This document shows positions 1 through 8,988 of a stretch of DNA of 64,000 nucleotides, in pieces. The translations under genes and the position numbers were made by a program. The notes below the pieces were generated by a model. The model was not told where the DNA came from. It searched no databases and saw nothing but the letters and a program-made list of their open reading frames with translations. Within the stretch, counting starts at the first letter, position 1. The number at the start of each line of letters is the position of its first letter. Source of the DNA: Candidatus Kapaibacteriota bacterium (GTDB lineage Bacteria; Bacteroidota; Ignavibacteria; Kapaibacteriales; Kapaibacteriaceae); the NCBI GenBank assembly GCA_046595995.1, contig JBKJNB010000116.1, positions 44,744 through 108,743 on the forward strand, written 5' to 3'.

Positions 1-516
1 TCAACCTTCATCATCAACGCCACTCTCGAGGATGGTGATGTTGAAGCTATCATCACTCGAGTAACGGAATACCTTACCGAACAGGAAGGTCAAATTACCG
101 AGATGAACAAGTGGGGTCGGCGCCGACTGGCCTACCCTGTAAAGAAGAAGTACAACGGGTACTTCGTCTATATGACCTTTGAAGCGCCACCAACTACGAT
201 TCCTCTGTTGGAGCGTTTCTTTGTTCTCGAAGACAATGTGCTTCGTCACCTGACATTGCAACTGGACATTAAGCTGAAGGATTTCCGCAAGGTCCGCGCA
301 GAAGCTCAAGCCGTTCGTGCAGCTGCACTAGCTGCCGAAGCTAAAGCAATGGGTTATCGCGAAGGACCACGTGAGGGCGGACGCGAGGGCGGACGTGATT
401 CTCGCGATGGTGGGCGTGATTCTCGCGATGGCGGACGCGATATGCGTGATGGTGGTCGTGAGCCTCGCGATCGCGATGCTGCTCGTGAACCCCAGCGCGA
501 ACCTTCTCAAAACTGA
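1..516 (+). CDS. rpsF: 30S ribosomal protein S6, 5'-truncated by the window edge, with a C-terminal Arg/Asp/Gly-rich repeat tail
   Basis: Frame 1 translates from nt 1 as ...EMNKWGRRRLAYPVKKKYNGYFVYMTFEAPP..., matching the S6 core (E. coli WGRRQLAYPI). The tail REGPREGGREGGRDSRDGGRDSRDGGRDMRDGGRE is encoded by 21-bp tandem repeats. Confidence 0.9.
   Translation, partial: STFIINATLEDGDVEAIITRVTEYLTEQEGQITEMNKWGRRRLAYPVKKKYNGYFVYMTFEAPPTTIPLLERFFVLEDNVLRHLTLQLDIKLKDFRKVRAEAQAVRAAALAAEAKAMGYREGPREGGREGGRDSRDGGRDSRDGGRDMRDGGREPRDRDAAREPQREPSQN
361..480 (+). repeat. 21-bp coding tandem repeats in the S6 tail
   Basis: Units gattctcgcgatggtgggcgt, gattctcgcgatggcggacgc and gatatgcgtgatggtggtcgt at 395-457, flanked by degenerate copies. 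Confidence 0.8.
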
Positions 517-545
517 TCTGATATCGTAATAACGGAACCAAAGTC

Positions 546-992
546 ATGAAAGTAATTCTTCGTCAAGATGTCGAGAAGCTCGGTCAGATCGGTGAGGTCG
601 TGAACGTGAAATCTGGGTATGCCCGTAATTTCCTGTTGCCGCGTGCTCTTGCCTATGTGGCCTCGAGTGGCGCAGTGCGCGCACTCGAAACCGAAAAGAA
701 ACAGTATGTAGCCAAAATGGAGAAGGCCAAGCAGTTCGCCGAAGGCGTTGCTGCCCAACTCTCCGAACTGCAGATCTCGCTTCCGATGCAGGTTGGTGAA
801 GAAGGTCGCCTGTTCGGCTCAGTCACAACGCCTATGATCGCGCAGGAACTCGAGCTTCGTGGGTTCAACATCGATCGCCGTAACATCATAATCGACGAGC
901 CAATCAAGACGCTTGGCATCTTCGACGTGAGAGTGAAACTGCATCACGATGTCATAGCTCCACTCAAGGTCTGGGTAATTGCTCAGGACTAA
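546..992 (+). CDS. rplI: 50S ribosomal protein L9
   Basis: MKVILRQDVEKLGQIGEVVNVKSGYARNFLLP... is the canonical L9 N-domain. It starts 30 nt after rpsF with no rpsR between. Confidence 0.9.
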   Translation: MKVILRQDVEKLGQIGEVVNVKSGYARNFLLPRALAYVASSGAVRALETEKKQYVAKMEKAKQFAEGVAAQLSELQISLPMQVGEEGRLFGSVTTPMIAQELELRGFNIDRRNIIIDEPIKTLGIFDVRVKLHHDVIAPLKVWVIAQD

Positions 993-1014
993 GAAGCGTT
1001 AACGCAATATGGAA

Positions 1015-1051
1015 CGGCATACGACTCCACTCGTATGCCGTTTTCTGTTTT
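1015..1051 (+). terminator. Rho-independent terminator after rplI
   Basis: Hairpin cggcatacga / tcgtatgccg followed by ttttctgtttt. Confidence 0.6.
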
Positions 1052-1062
1052 GAGAAAGAATC

Positions 1063-1974
1063 ATGCGACATAAAATCGTTATTGCCGGAGGTACGGGCTT
1101 CATCGGACAGATGCTTGCGGAGCGGCTGTTAGCCGAGGGAGATGATGTAGTTGTGCTGTCTAGGCATCCACGTCGAGACTCTAAAAGATCGATGTTTGGT
1201 CGGCTCGTAGAATGGAATCCAGCCGAGGGCGTCGGTGCATGGCAGCATGAGATAGAAGGCGCCTTTGCCGTTGTCAATGTTGCTGGGTCGAACGTCGGTG
1301 GCAAGCGGTGGAGCAAGCCTGTGCGAACACAAATTGTGAGCAGTCGGATAGACTCTACGCGCACGTTAGTTAGCGCAATTGCAATGTGTGATGTGCGTCC
1401 CTCGCTCATTAGTACCAGCGGTTCCGGTTATTACGGAAACACACTTGCGCCTACAACTGAAGCTGGAGGCGCGGGAGGCACCTTTCTTGCGACCGTTTGC
1501 AGACTGTGGGAAGAGGAAGCTATGCATGGCGCACAGTTCACCCGTGTTGCCATCATGCGCTTAGGTGTTGTGCTCGACAAATCTGAAGGCATTGTTTCGC
1601 GATTGCTTCCGTTTTTCCGTGCATTTGTTGGAGGGCCGCTTGGGTCGGGACGTCAATGGATACCATGGGTTCACAAGGTCGATGCAGTGAATGCATACCA
1701 CAGGGCTATCATGCATCCGCACATCGAGGGTGTTTACAACATCGCATCGCCAGATGCTGTGCAGATGTCTGGCTTCGCTCATGCAATGGGATGTGCTACC
1801 AATAGACCGTCGTGGCTTCGGGTACCAACGTATCTCGTTCGCCTCTTGCGAGGCCGTCAGGCAGACATTGTTCTGCACGGACAACACATCGTGCCGATGC
1901 GCACAATCGTAGACGGGTTCCATTTCAAAAACAACGCGCTTACACCCGCATTACAGGACATTTTGAATGCGTAA
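1063..1974 (+). CDS. Epimerase-family NAD-binding protein (YfcH/SDR39U1-like, TIGR01777-type)
   Basis: Rossmann N-terminus IVIAGGTGFIG, about 300 aa, with a DUF1731-like C-terminus. Confidence 0.75.
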   Translation: MRHKIVIAGGTGFIGQMLAERLLAEGDDVVVLSRHPRRDSKRSMFGRLVEWNPAEGVGAWQHEIEGAFAVVNVAGSNVGGKRWSKPVRTQIVSSRIDSTRTLVSAIAMCDVRPSLISTSGSGYYGNTLAPTTEAGGAGGTFLATVCRLWEEEAMHGAQFTRVAIMRLGVVLDKSEGIVSRLLPFFRAFVGGPLGSGRQWIPWVHKVDAVNAYHRAIMHPHIEGVYNIASPDAVQMSGFAHAMGCATNRPSWLRVPTYLVRLLRGRQADIVLHGQHIVPMRTIVDGFHFKNNALTPALQDILNA

Positions 1975-2006
1975 GTTTGCGCCTCGCAGAACCAGAGGAG
2001 TACACG

Positions 2007-3782
2007 ATGAGTGTTGAAGTCGTCATGCCCAAAATGGGTGAATCCATTCAGGAAGGCAAAGTCCTCCGTTGGGTGAAAAACGTCGGCGACAAGATCGAGC
2101 GCGACGAAACATTGCTAGAAATTTCAACCGACAAGGTCGACACAGAAGTGCCGTCGCCAGTCGCCGGCACGATCCTGCAAATTCTAGTTGCAGAAAATGA
2201 TACGGTTGAGGTCGGTAAGGTTCTCGCAATCATTGGTGCGGACAACGAAGTTGTTGCACCTGCACCAGCCGCAGCACCAGCCGCAGCACCAGCCGCAGCA
2301 CCCGCCACAGCAACTGCACCGACTCCTGCACCTGCTCCGGCACAAGCTGCTGGCGGTAACGATATTGAGGTAGTTATGCCCAAGATGGGTGAGTCCATCC
2401 AGGAGGGCAAAGTGCTCCGTTGGGTGAAAAAGGTCGGCGATGCAGTCGAGCGCGACGAGACGCTCCTTGAAATTTCAACGGACAAAGTCGATACTGAAGT
2501 ACCTTCTCCGATTGCAGGTACACTGTCGGCAATACTTGCGAATGAAGGCGACGTTGTTGAAGTAGGAAAAGTCATTGCTCGAATCGCATCGGGTGCATCC
2601 GCACCGCAGACAGCACCAAGTGCAGCGCCCGTAGCGCCAAGTGCAGTGCCCGCGGTCGCGCAAGTGACAGCGCCTGTTACAAACGGCGCAGCGAAGGCGC
2701 AAGCACCGGCAGCTGTGGCGCAAGCACCGGCAGCTCTGGCGAATGCTGCAACGTCAAGCATTCCACGTACTTCTGGTTCGCGATTCTATTCGCCATTGGT
2801 GCGATCGATTGCAGCGGTCGAGGGACTCTCTGTCTCACACCTTGATGCAATTACAGGCACCGGTCTTGACGGACGCGTTACGAAAACTGACGTGATGTCG
2901 TATCTACAGGGTGCGCGGCCGACGGCGGCCCAGCCGCAGACCGCCCAAACAGCGTCGGCAACACCCCAGCCAGCCCAAGCGCCAGCCCCATCTGCGGGCG
3001 GCACGCCGACCGCAGCCCCTGCCCCGCAGGCATCGATAACCCCAACAGAATCTGGCTTTGTAGGCGATGCAGAACACGAAGTGATTCCGATGGATCGGAT
3101 TCGCCAGCTAACTGCTGAACACATGGTTCGCTCGAAGCAAACGTCGCCCCATGTTACAAGTGTGGCAGAGGCAGACGTTACTGGCATGGTTAAGCTGCGC
3201 GATAAGTCGAAAGACGACTTCCAGAAACGCGAAGGTTTTAAACTAACTTATAATCCGTTCTTTGGTGTTGCGGCAGCCGAAGCTGCAAAGCAGTATCCCC
3301 GTATAAATGTAAGCGTCGATGGAAAGAACATCATTCAACATCGTCGCGTTCATTTAGGCATGGCTACGGCACTTCCCGACGGGAACCTCATTGTGCCTGT
3401 GATAAAGAATGCAGACGTTTTGAATGTAACTGGCATGGCTCGCGCAATGAACGATCTCGCAAACCGGGCACGGACTAAGAAGCTGAAGCCAGATGATATT
3501 TCGGGTGGTACACTTACGGTGACGAATGTTGGTTCGTTTGGTTCGCTGTTCGGCACTCCAGTGATCAACCAACCTCAGACGGCCATCATTGGAATCGGTG
3601 CTATCAAAAAACGACCAGTCGTGAAAGAGGTTGACGGCGAAGACTTGGTTGTCGTCCGCCACATGGTATACGTCTCGATAACGTACGATCACCGCGTCAT
3701 TGACGGCTCACTCGCAACGCAGGCACTTGCCGCTATGGTAAAGTCGCTCGAAAGTATGAACGCTACTACGGTTGCTATTTAG
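2007..3782 (+). CDS. Dihydrolipoyllysine-residue acyltransferase (E2 of a 2-oxoacid dehydrogenase complex) with two lipoyl domains
   Basis: Two copies of VVMPKMGESIQEGKVLRWVK...ISTDKVDTEVPSP (lipoyl-lysine motif), Ala/Pro linkers, a peripheral-subunit-binding domain and the catalytic motif DHRVIDG. The ATG at 2007 follows the sequence gaggag. The ORF track starts at 1812 but that start has no support. Confidence 0.9.
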   Translation: MSVEVVMPKMGESIQEGKVLRWVKNVGDKIERDETLLEISTDKVDTEVPSPVAGTILQILVAENDTVEVGKVLAIIGADNEVVAPAPAAAPAAAPAAAPATATAPTPAPAPAQAAGGNDIEVVMPKMGESIQEGKVLRWVKKVGDAVERDETLLEISTDKVDTEVPSPIAGTLSAILANEGDVVEVGKVIARIASGASAPQTAPSAAPVAPSAVPAVAQVTAPVTNGAAKAQAPAAVAQAPAALANAATSSIPRTSGSRFYSPLVRSIAAVEGLSVSHLDAITGTGLDGRVTKTDVMSYLQGARPTAAQPQTAQTASATPQPAQAPAPSAGGTPTAAPAPQASITPTESGFVGDAEHEVIPMDRIRQLTAEHMVRSKQTSPHVTSVAEADVTGMVKLRDKSKDDFQKREGFKLTYNPFFGVAAAEAAKQYPRINVSVDGKNIIQHRRVHLGMATALPDGNLIVPVIKNADVLNVTGMARAMNDLANRARTKKLKPDDISGGTLTVTNVGSFGSLFGTPVINQPQTAIIGIGAIKKRPVVKEVDGEDLVVVRHMVYVSITYDHRVIDGSLATQALAAMVKSLESMNATTVAI

Positions 3783-4236
3783 CAGCCGTTGCCGGATTCT
3801 CACGTTCGAGCACGATCGTTACAGGTCCGTCGTTGATTAACGCAACATCCATCATAGCCCCAAACGTTCCGGTTGAAACGTTTGGGGTTTTCTTTTTCAA
3901 CATTTGGATAAAGTGAATGTACAGGGGCTCTGCAATATCAGGTGATGCGGCCTTGACGAATGATGGACGTGTTCCGCGGCTGGCATCGGCGTACAAGGTG
4001 AACTGTGAGACGACAAGTATCTCGCCGCCGATGTCGGTTACTGCCTCGTTCATGCGTCCGTCGCTGTCGGGAAATACTCGCAATGCCAGCACCTTTTCCG
4101 ACATCCATTCAGCCTGAGCTGTTGTGTCGGCGTGAGTGACGCCTAACAGAACGACAAGTCCCTTGCCAATAGAAGCAGTGACCGCGCCGTCGATGGTAAC
4201 CGACGCGCGACTTACGCGCTGCACAACAGCCTTCAT
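3775..4236 (-). CDS. dtd: D-aminoacyl-tRNA deacylase
   Basis: MKAVVQRVSRASVTIDGAVTASIGKGLVVLLGV...SQFTL.AD...G.RPSF matches Dtd. Its 3' end overlaps the E2 3' end convergently by 8 nt. Confidence 0.85.
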   Translation of the reverse strand: MKAVVQRVSRASVTIDGAVTASIGKGLVVLLGVTHADTTAQAEWMSEKVLALRVFPDSDGRMNEAVTDIGGEILVVSQFTLYADASRGTRPSFVKAASPDIAEPLYIHFIQMLKKKTPNVSTGTFGAMMDVALINDGPVTIVLERENPATAAK

Positions 4237-4280
4237 GCACTGCACCTTCGTATTTTTAGAGATTCAATACCGGGACTGTT

Positions 4281-5120
4281 ATGACAGATGAGGTGCGTGA
4301 GATTATCGGCAAAGAAATAGTATGTCTGGACAAAGGGTTCGTCCGACTGATAGACGTCATGGGCGACGACGCTGCCATTGTTCAGGCGGCGCGCGTGTCC
4401 TATGGCTCGGGCACGAAGAAAGTCCACGAAGACCGGGGCCTGATTCGATATCTCATGCGACATCTGCACACCACACCGTTTGAAATGGTAGAGTTCAAGT
4501 TTCATGTGAAGCTACCAATCTTCGTTGCACGTCAATGGATACGGCATCGCGCTGCGAATGTAAACGAATACAGCGGGCGGTATTCTGAGATGAAGGATGA
4601 ATTCTATGTACCGGCGCCCGACCAACTGCGCACTCAAAGCGAAGTAAACAAACAAGGACGTTCCGACAATGCTTTGCCATTAGAAGTGAGCAGAGAGATT
4701 GCCGAACGCATGCAATCCTTTCAACAAATCGCCTATGAAGACTACCGCACGTCGCTCGACACCGGTCTTGCACGAGAATTAGCGCGCATCAATTTGCCGG
4801 TCTCAAACTACACCGAATGGTATTGGAAAATCGATCTTCATAACCTTTTCCACTTTCTTCGCTTGCGCATCGATCCTCACGCACAGCATGAGATCCGTGT
4901 TTACGGTGAAGCAATGGCCCAAATGGTGAAAGCCGCTGTGCCACTTGCATACGAGGCGTTTGAAGACTACATCCTGCATGCAGCCCGATTCTCTCGTAAC
5001 GAAATTGCCGCTCTCAGGTCGATGATCAGTGCACTGCCTACCGATGAAGCTGCTTTTGAGCCGTTTGGAATCAAAGGCAGGGAAGCACGCGAGTTTCTCG
5101 ACAAAATGCAAGCGCTGTAA
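4281..5120 (+). CDS. thyX: FAD-dependent thymidylate synthase
   Basis: Carries the ThyX signature RHR (...ARQWIRHRAANVNEYSGRY...) over a ThyX-typical length. Confidence 0.9.
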   Translation: MTDEVREIIGKEIVCLDKGFVRLIDVMGDDAAIVQAARVSYGSGTKKVHEDRGLIRYLMRHLHTTPFEMVEFKFHVKLPIFVARQWIRHRAANVNEYSGRYSEMKDEFYVPAPDQLRTQSEVNKQGRSDNALPLEVSREIAERMQSFQQIAYEDYRTSLDTGLARELARINLPVSNYTEWYWKIDLHNLFHFLRLRIDPHAQHEIRVYGEAMAQMVKAAVPLAYEAFEDYILHAARFSRNEIAALRSMISALPTDEAAFEPFGIKGREAREFLDKMQAL

Positions 5121-5146
5121 TCTTGTCCCACTTCCAACATGTATCC

Positions 5147-6163
5147 ATGTTGCTCAGTCTCCTGTTAGGGGGCTGTTTTGCCGTGGGCTGCACGTCAGAT
5201 TCTATCGTTCCTGAGCCAGCCTTTCCAATCATCCCAGCACACCTCCCTAGCGTACCGGTTCCAACAGACAACCCGATGACACCCGAAAAGGTTGAGCTCG
5301 GCAGACATCTATTCTACGACAAGAACCTTTCGCGCGATGCCAGCATAGCGTGTGCATCGTGTCATCGGCAGGAGGCAGCATTCAGCGATGGACCGAACAT
5401 GGTGAGCGTGGGCGTAAATCAGGCACGTGGTCAGCGCAACTCACCATCGATTGTAAACGCAGCGTATCGCCGCACCCAGTTCTGGGACGGACGTGCTGCA
5501 ACGCTGGAAGATCAGGCCATGGGCGCGTTTACACATCCCGTCGAAATGTTTGCAGACACCGTTGCTGTGGCCGAGCATATCCGTACAACCTATGCGGATC
5601 GTTGGTTGCTGGTATTTGGTGATTTAGCTGTGACGATGCGCAGGGCAATGCAAGCAATTGCGACATTCGAGCGTACGCTCATCTCCGCAGATAGCCGCTA
5701 CGATCGATTCATCACCGGCGATGCGAGAGCGCTTACCACACAAGAACAAATGGGGATGCGGTTATTCTTCAGTGACCGCACCATGTGTTCGTCTTGCCAT
5801 AGCGGACCGGACTTAACGGACGACGAGTACCATAACATTGGGCTGTTTCACCACTACTTCGATCGGGGCCGATATAACGTTACGAAAGTTGTCGACGACG
5901 AAGGGTTGTTTAGAACACCAACACTTCGCAACGTCGCCTTAACACCACCTTATATGGCAACAGGGGATAGCGAGGACGGTGTTATGGAGACGTTAGAACA
6001 GGTAATGAAGCATTATAACGGCGGTGGAACCAATTTCCCAAACAAGGATAAACGCGTTCGAAAGCTGGGACTTACGGATGCAGAGGTAGCTGCGGTTGTA
6101 GCCTTTATGCGTAGCCTGACAGACTCTTCTGTAATCAAGAATCGGAACTTCGGACCTCCTTAG
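5147..6163 (+). CDS. Di-haem cytochrome c peroxidase family lipoprotein
   Basis: Lipoprotein signal MLLSLLLGGC and two CxxCH motifs (CASCH, CSSCH), with CCP/MauG-like spacing. Confidence 0.8.
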   Translation: MLLSLLLGGCFAVGCTSDSIVPEPAFPIIPAHLPSVPVPTDNPMTPEKVELGRHLFYDKNLSRDASIACASCHRQEAAFSDGPNMVSVGVNQARGQRNSPSIVNAAYRRTQFWDGRAATLEDQAMGAFTHPVEMFADTVAVAEHIRTTYADRWLLVFGDLAVTMRRAMQAIATFERTLISADSRYDRFITGDARALTTQEQMGMRLFFSDRTMCSSCHSGPDLTDDEYHNIGLFHHYFDRGRYNVTKVVDDEGLFRTPTLRNVALTPPYMATGDSEDGVMETLEQVMKHYNGGGTNFPNKDKRVRKLGLTDAEVAAVVAFMRSLTDSSVIKNRNFGPP

Positions 6164-6269
6164 CACCCTATTGCTTAGGTTCACGGTGCGTAAAGGGATT
6201 GTAATGGGGACGTTACACTCGCGTTATAGCTCCGCGCGAACTTTGCAGATGTTGCGTAGAGGAAAAAAC

Positions 6270-7301
6270 ATGGCAGTCAGGAAGAAGATACTCTTCGTTT
6301 GTGGGTCTATGAACCAGACCACAACGATGCATAAAATCTCTCGGTACCTTCCCGACCATGACCATTGGTTCACTCCCTGTTATACCGACGGCTTCCTGGG
6401 GATTCTTGAACGCAATCGCATGATTGAATGGACCGTCGCCGGTCTCGGCTTTCAGGAACGAGCGGTCGAGTACTGTAAAAAAAACGAGCTCCAGGTCGAT
6501 GTAGGTGGAGTACACAACGACTACGATCTCGTGATTACGTGTAGCGACATTGTCGTTCAGAAGAATATTCGCCACAAGCGTATTGTGCTTGTGCAGGAAG
6601 GCATGACCGATCCTGAAAACATCGCCTTTTATTTAGTGAAGTACCTCGGCCTGCCTCGCTATATCGCCTCGACCTCGACATTCGGAATGTCCGATGCGTA
6701 TGTGCGTTTCTGCGTAGCGTCGTCGGGCTATCGCGACCTTTTCGTTCGCAAGGGAGCACGATTCGAAAAGATGACAGTAACAGGGATTCCGAACTTCGAC
6801 AACTGTAAAGAGTTTCTTGATTTGCCCTTCGAGCACGAGGATTACGTACTCGTGGCCACGTCTGATTCTCGTGAGACATTCAAGCTCGAGAATCGTAAAA
6901 AATTCATCGAACACGCATTGCGTATTGCGGACGGACGCAAAACCATCTTCAAACTGCATCCGAACGAAAACATCGATCGCGCGCGTCGCGAAATAGACCG
7001 ATGGGCACCAAATGCACTGTTGTACTACAATTGCGATATCAACCGGATGATCGCCCACTGCGACACACTCGTCACTCGGTTCTCGACGGTTGTGTATGTT
7101 GGCATTGCGTTGAATAAGAAGGTCTACAGCGACTTCGACATCAATCTGCTCCGCGCCTGTTGTCCAGAACAAAATGGCGGTCACTCGGCCGAACGGATTG
7201 CAACGGTATGCGAAGAAGTGCTGGACCGTAAGGACGTCTTGATTCCTGTATCAGTAAGTTTTCAAAGCCCTGCATCGTGGCGCAAAGCAGTTCAAGCATG
7301 A
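6270..7301 (+). CDS. GT-B-fold UDP-sugar 2-epimerase/hydrolase superfamily protein (NeuC/PseG/SpsG-like, divergent)
   Basis: N-terminus KKILFVCGS....K resembles the 2-epimerase start K-I-L-T-V-F-G-T-R-P-E-A-I-K. The C-terminal block YVLVATSDSRE...IFKLHPNENIDRARREI matches the epimerase HPNP-type motif, but the DSGG motif is degenerate. First gene of the coupled operon. ATG at 6270 sits after agagga; the track start at 6171 is a TTG. Confidence 0.45.
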   Translation: MAVRKKILFVCGSMNQTTTMHKISRYLPDHDHWFTPCYTDGFLGILERNRMIEWTVAGLGFQERAVEYCKKNELQVDVGGVHNDYDLVITCSDIVVQKNIRHKRIVLVQEGMTDPENIAFYLVKYLGLPRYIASTSTFGMSDAYVRFCVASSGYRDLFVRKGARFEKMTVTGIPNFDNCKEFLDLPFEHEDYVLVATSDSRETFKLENRKKFIEHALRIADGRKTIFKLHPNENIDRARREIDRWAPNALLYYNCDINRMIAHCDTLVTRFSTVVYVGIALNKKVYSDFDINLLRACCPEQNGGHSAERIATVCEEVLDRKDVLIPVSVSFQSPASWRKAVQA

Positions 7302-8134
7302 ACATCGTTGTCGTTTGTCAGGCACGTCTCAGCTCTACCCGTTTACCGCGAAAAGTACTCCTCCCTTTATCAGGGAAGCCCCTTATCGCGCGCTTTATGG
7401 AAAGAGTACTCCGCTCACGGCTCGCATCGTCCGTTGTGGTGGCGACAACGACCGATGCTGTTGATGACGAACTGGCAACAGAGTGCGCGACGCGTGGATA
7501 CGAAGTGTTTAGGGGTCACCCTACCGACTTGCTTGACAGGCACTATCAAGCCGGTAAGCAATACGGCGCTGACGTCGTTGTAAAAATTCCCACGGATTGT
7601 CCACTAATCGACCCAGTCGTAATCGACAAGGTCATTGCCGCCTATCTGTCCAACCCGAATGACGTCGATTTCGTGAGCAACCTACACCCCGCATCCTACC
7701 CTGATGGCAATGACGTTGAAGTGATGACGATGGCCGCGCTTGAACTGGCGTGGACGCGCGCGTCGCGCGCGTTCGAACGTGAACATACTACGCCGTGGCT
7801 GTGGGACGCCAATCCTGCAGTACGGTGTTTGAATGTATCGTGGGACCACGACATAGACCTTAGTATGACACACCGTTGGACCATAGACTATCCCGAAGAC
7901 TATTTGTTTATCAACGCGGTGTACGAAGCATTGCTTCCGCATAACTCGCGCTTTCGCCTCGAAGATGTTCTTAGTTTGCTGCAGGAGCGTCCAGAGATAG
8001 CCGCACTCAACGCCCACCTCGCGGGGGTGAATTGGTATCGCGATCATCTTGGCGAATTACGGACGGTAACCACGAACGAAACACGACCCTTTCCAGCCCC
8101 ATCCCAATCCCAATCCCAATCCCAATCCGTATGA
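7298..8134 (+). CDS. Cytidylyltransferase, SpsF/acylneuraminate cytidylyltransferase family (CTP_transf_3)
   Basis: MNIVVVCQARLSSTRLPRKVL.PL.GKPLI...TDCPLIDP..ID.VI aligns closely with B. subtilis SpsF (IQARMGSTRLPGKVL...GDNPFVDP). It overlaps the upstream gene as ATGA. The 3' end carries an (SQ)4 tail from a hexanucleotide repeat. Confidence 0.8.
   Translation: MNIVVVCQARLSSTRLPRKVLLPLSGKPLIARFMERVLRSRLASSVVVATTTDAVDDELATECATRGYEVFRGHPTDLLDRHYQAGKQYGADVVVKIPTDCPLIDPVVIDKVIAAYLSNPNDVDFVSNLHPASYPDGNDVEVMTMAALELAWTRASRAFEREHTTPWLWDANPAVRCLNVSWDHDIDLSMTHRWTIDYPEDYLFINAVYEALLPHNSRFRLEDVLSLLQERPEIAALNAHLAGVNWYRDHLGELRTVTTNETRPFPAPSQSQSQSQSV
8098..8128 (+). repeat. Hexanucleotide simple sequence repeat (cccaat/atccca) x~5
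   Basis: The string ccccatcccaatcccaatcccaatcccaatcc lies directly at the cytidylyltransferase / transketolase-N junction. It encodes SQSQSQSQ in the upstream gene and PIPIPIPI in another frame. Confidence 0.9.
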
Positions 8135-8988
8135 ATCAACGTGAGTCCGACGAACTGAAGCGCATTGCGCTGCGTGTTCGCGAACACATTCTTCGCATGT
8201 CAACCGACGGTGGTTGTTTTACAGGAGCGTCGCTTTCGTGTGCAGATCTTTTGGTCTTCCTGTACTCGCGATTCCTCAATGTTTCGCCAGAAACGATTGC
8301 TTCTCCTGACAGGGATTACCTCTTGCTATCGAAGGGACACGACGTCCCGGCCTTGTATGGTGTGTTTGCCGAGCTCGGATTCCTCGACCCAGAGCGCCTG
8401 AAGAACCACCTAAAGACAAACGACCACATATACTGGCATCCCAACCGCGCCATACCTGGCGTAGAGTTTCATTCGGGCTCACTGGGCCATTTATTGTCGG
8501 TTTCGATTGGCATCGCCGCTGATATCAAGTTGCGCGAAGGAAGAAACAAAGTCGTTGTGGTGCTCGGTGATGGTGAACTCAACGAAGGCACGATATGGGA
8601 AGGCTGCCTGACTGCGAATGCGTGGAAGCTCGACAATCTGATTGCAGTGATCGATCGCAACTACTTCCAGGCCAACATTCGTACTGAAGAACTCATACCG
8701 CTGGAGCCGATAGTAGACAAGTTTAAAGCATTCGGGTGGAACGTGATGAGTGTCGATGGCCACGATTACAATGCTCTCGATGATGTCTTCTCGTCTTGGC
8801 AGCCCGATTCTGGCAACCCCACTGTGATTGTTGCTTCAACGCAGCGTGGACGAGGTGTTCCATCAATTGCAGAACGTGCTGATCGTTGGTTCTGCAATTT
8901 CACACATGCAGAAGTAGAGCAGCTCATCGGTGAACTACACGGAGAAACCGCGGCCGACCTAACATCAGAAACCTTGATTGTGCGCTAA
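8131..8988 (+). CDS. Transketolase, N-terminal (TPP-binding) subunit of a split transketolase
   Basis: Contains HSGSLGHLLSVSIGIA...VVVVLGDGELNEGTIWEG (TPP-binding GDG...NEG motif). At about 285 aa it is of COG3959 type. It overlaps the upstream gene as ATGA. Confidence 0.85.
   Translation: MNQRESDELKRIALRVREHILRMSTDGGCFTGASLSCADLLVFLYSRFLNVSPETIASPDRDYLLLSKGHDVPALYGVFAELGFLDPERLKNHLKTNDHIYWHPNRAIPGVEFHSGSLGHLLSVSIGIAADIKLREGRNKVVVVLGDGELNEGTIWEGCLTANAWKLDNLIAVIDRNYFQANIRTEELIPLEPIVDKFKAFGWNVMSVDGHDYNALDDVFSSWQPDSGNPTVIVASTQRGRGVPSIAERADRWFCNFTHAEVEQLIGELHGETAADLTSETLIVR

Noticed and set aside
1812-2006. N-terminal 65-aa extension of the E2 ORF in the track
   Set aside because: Arg/His-rich and non-conserved. 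The conserved lipoyl domain begins right after the ATG at 2007, and the extension would overlap the upstream gene.
2048-2761. 237-aa Ala-rich minus-strand ORF
   Set aside because: Entirely antisense to the well-supported E2 gene. Its Ala/Gly-rich content comes from the reverse complement of the Ala/Pro-linker repeats.
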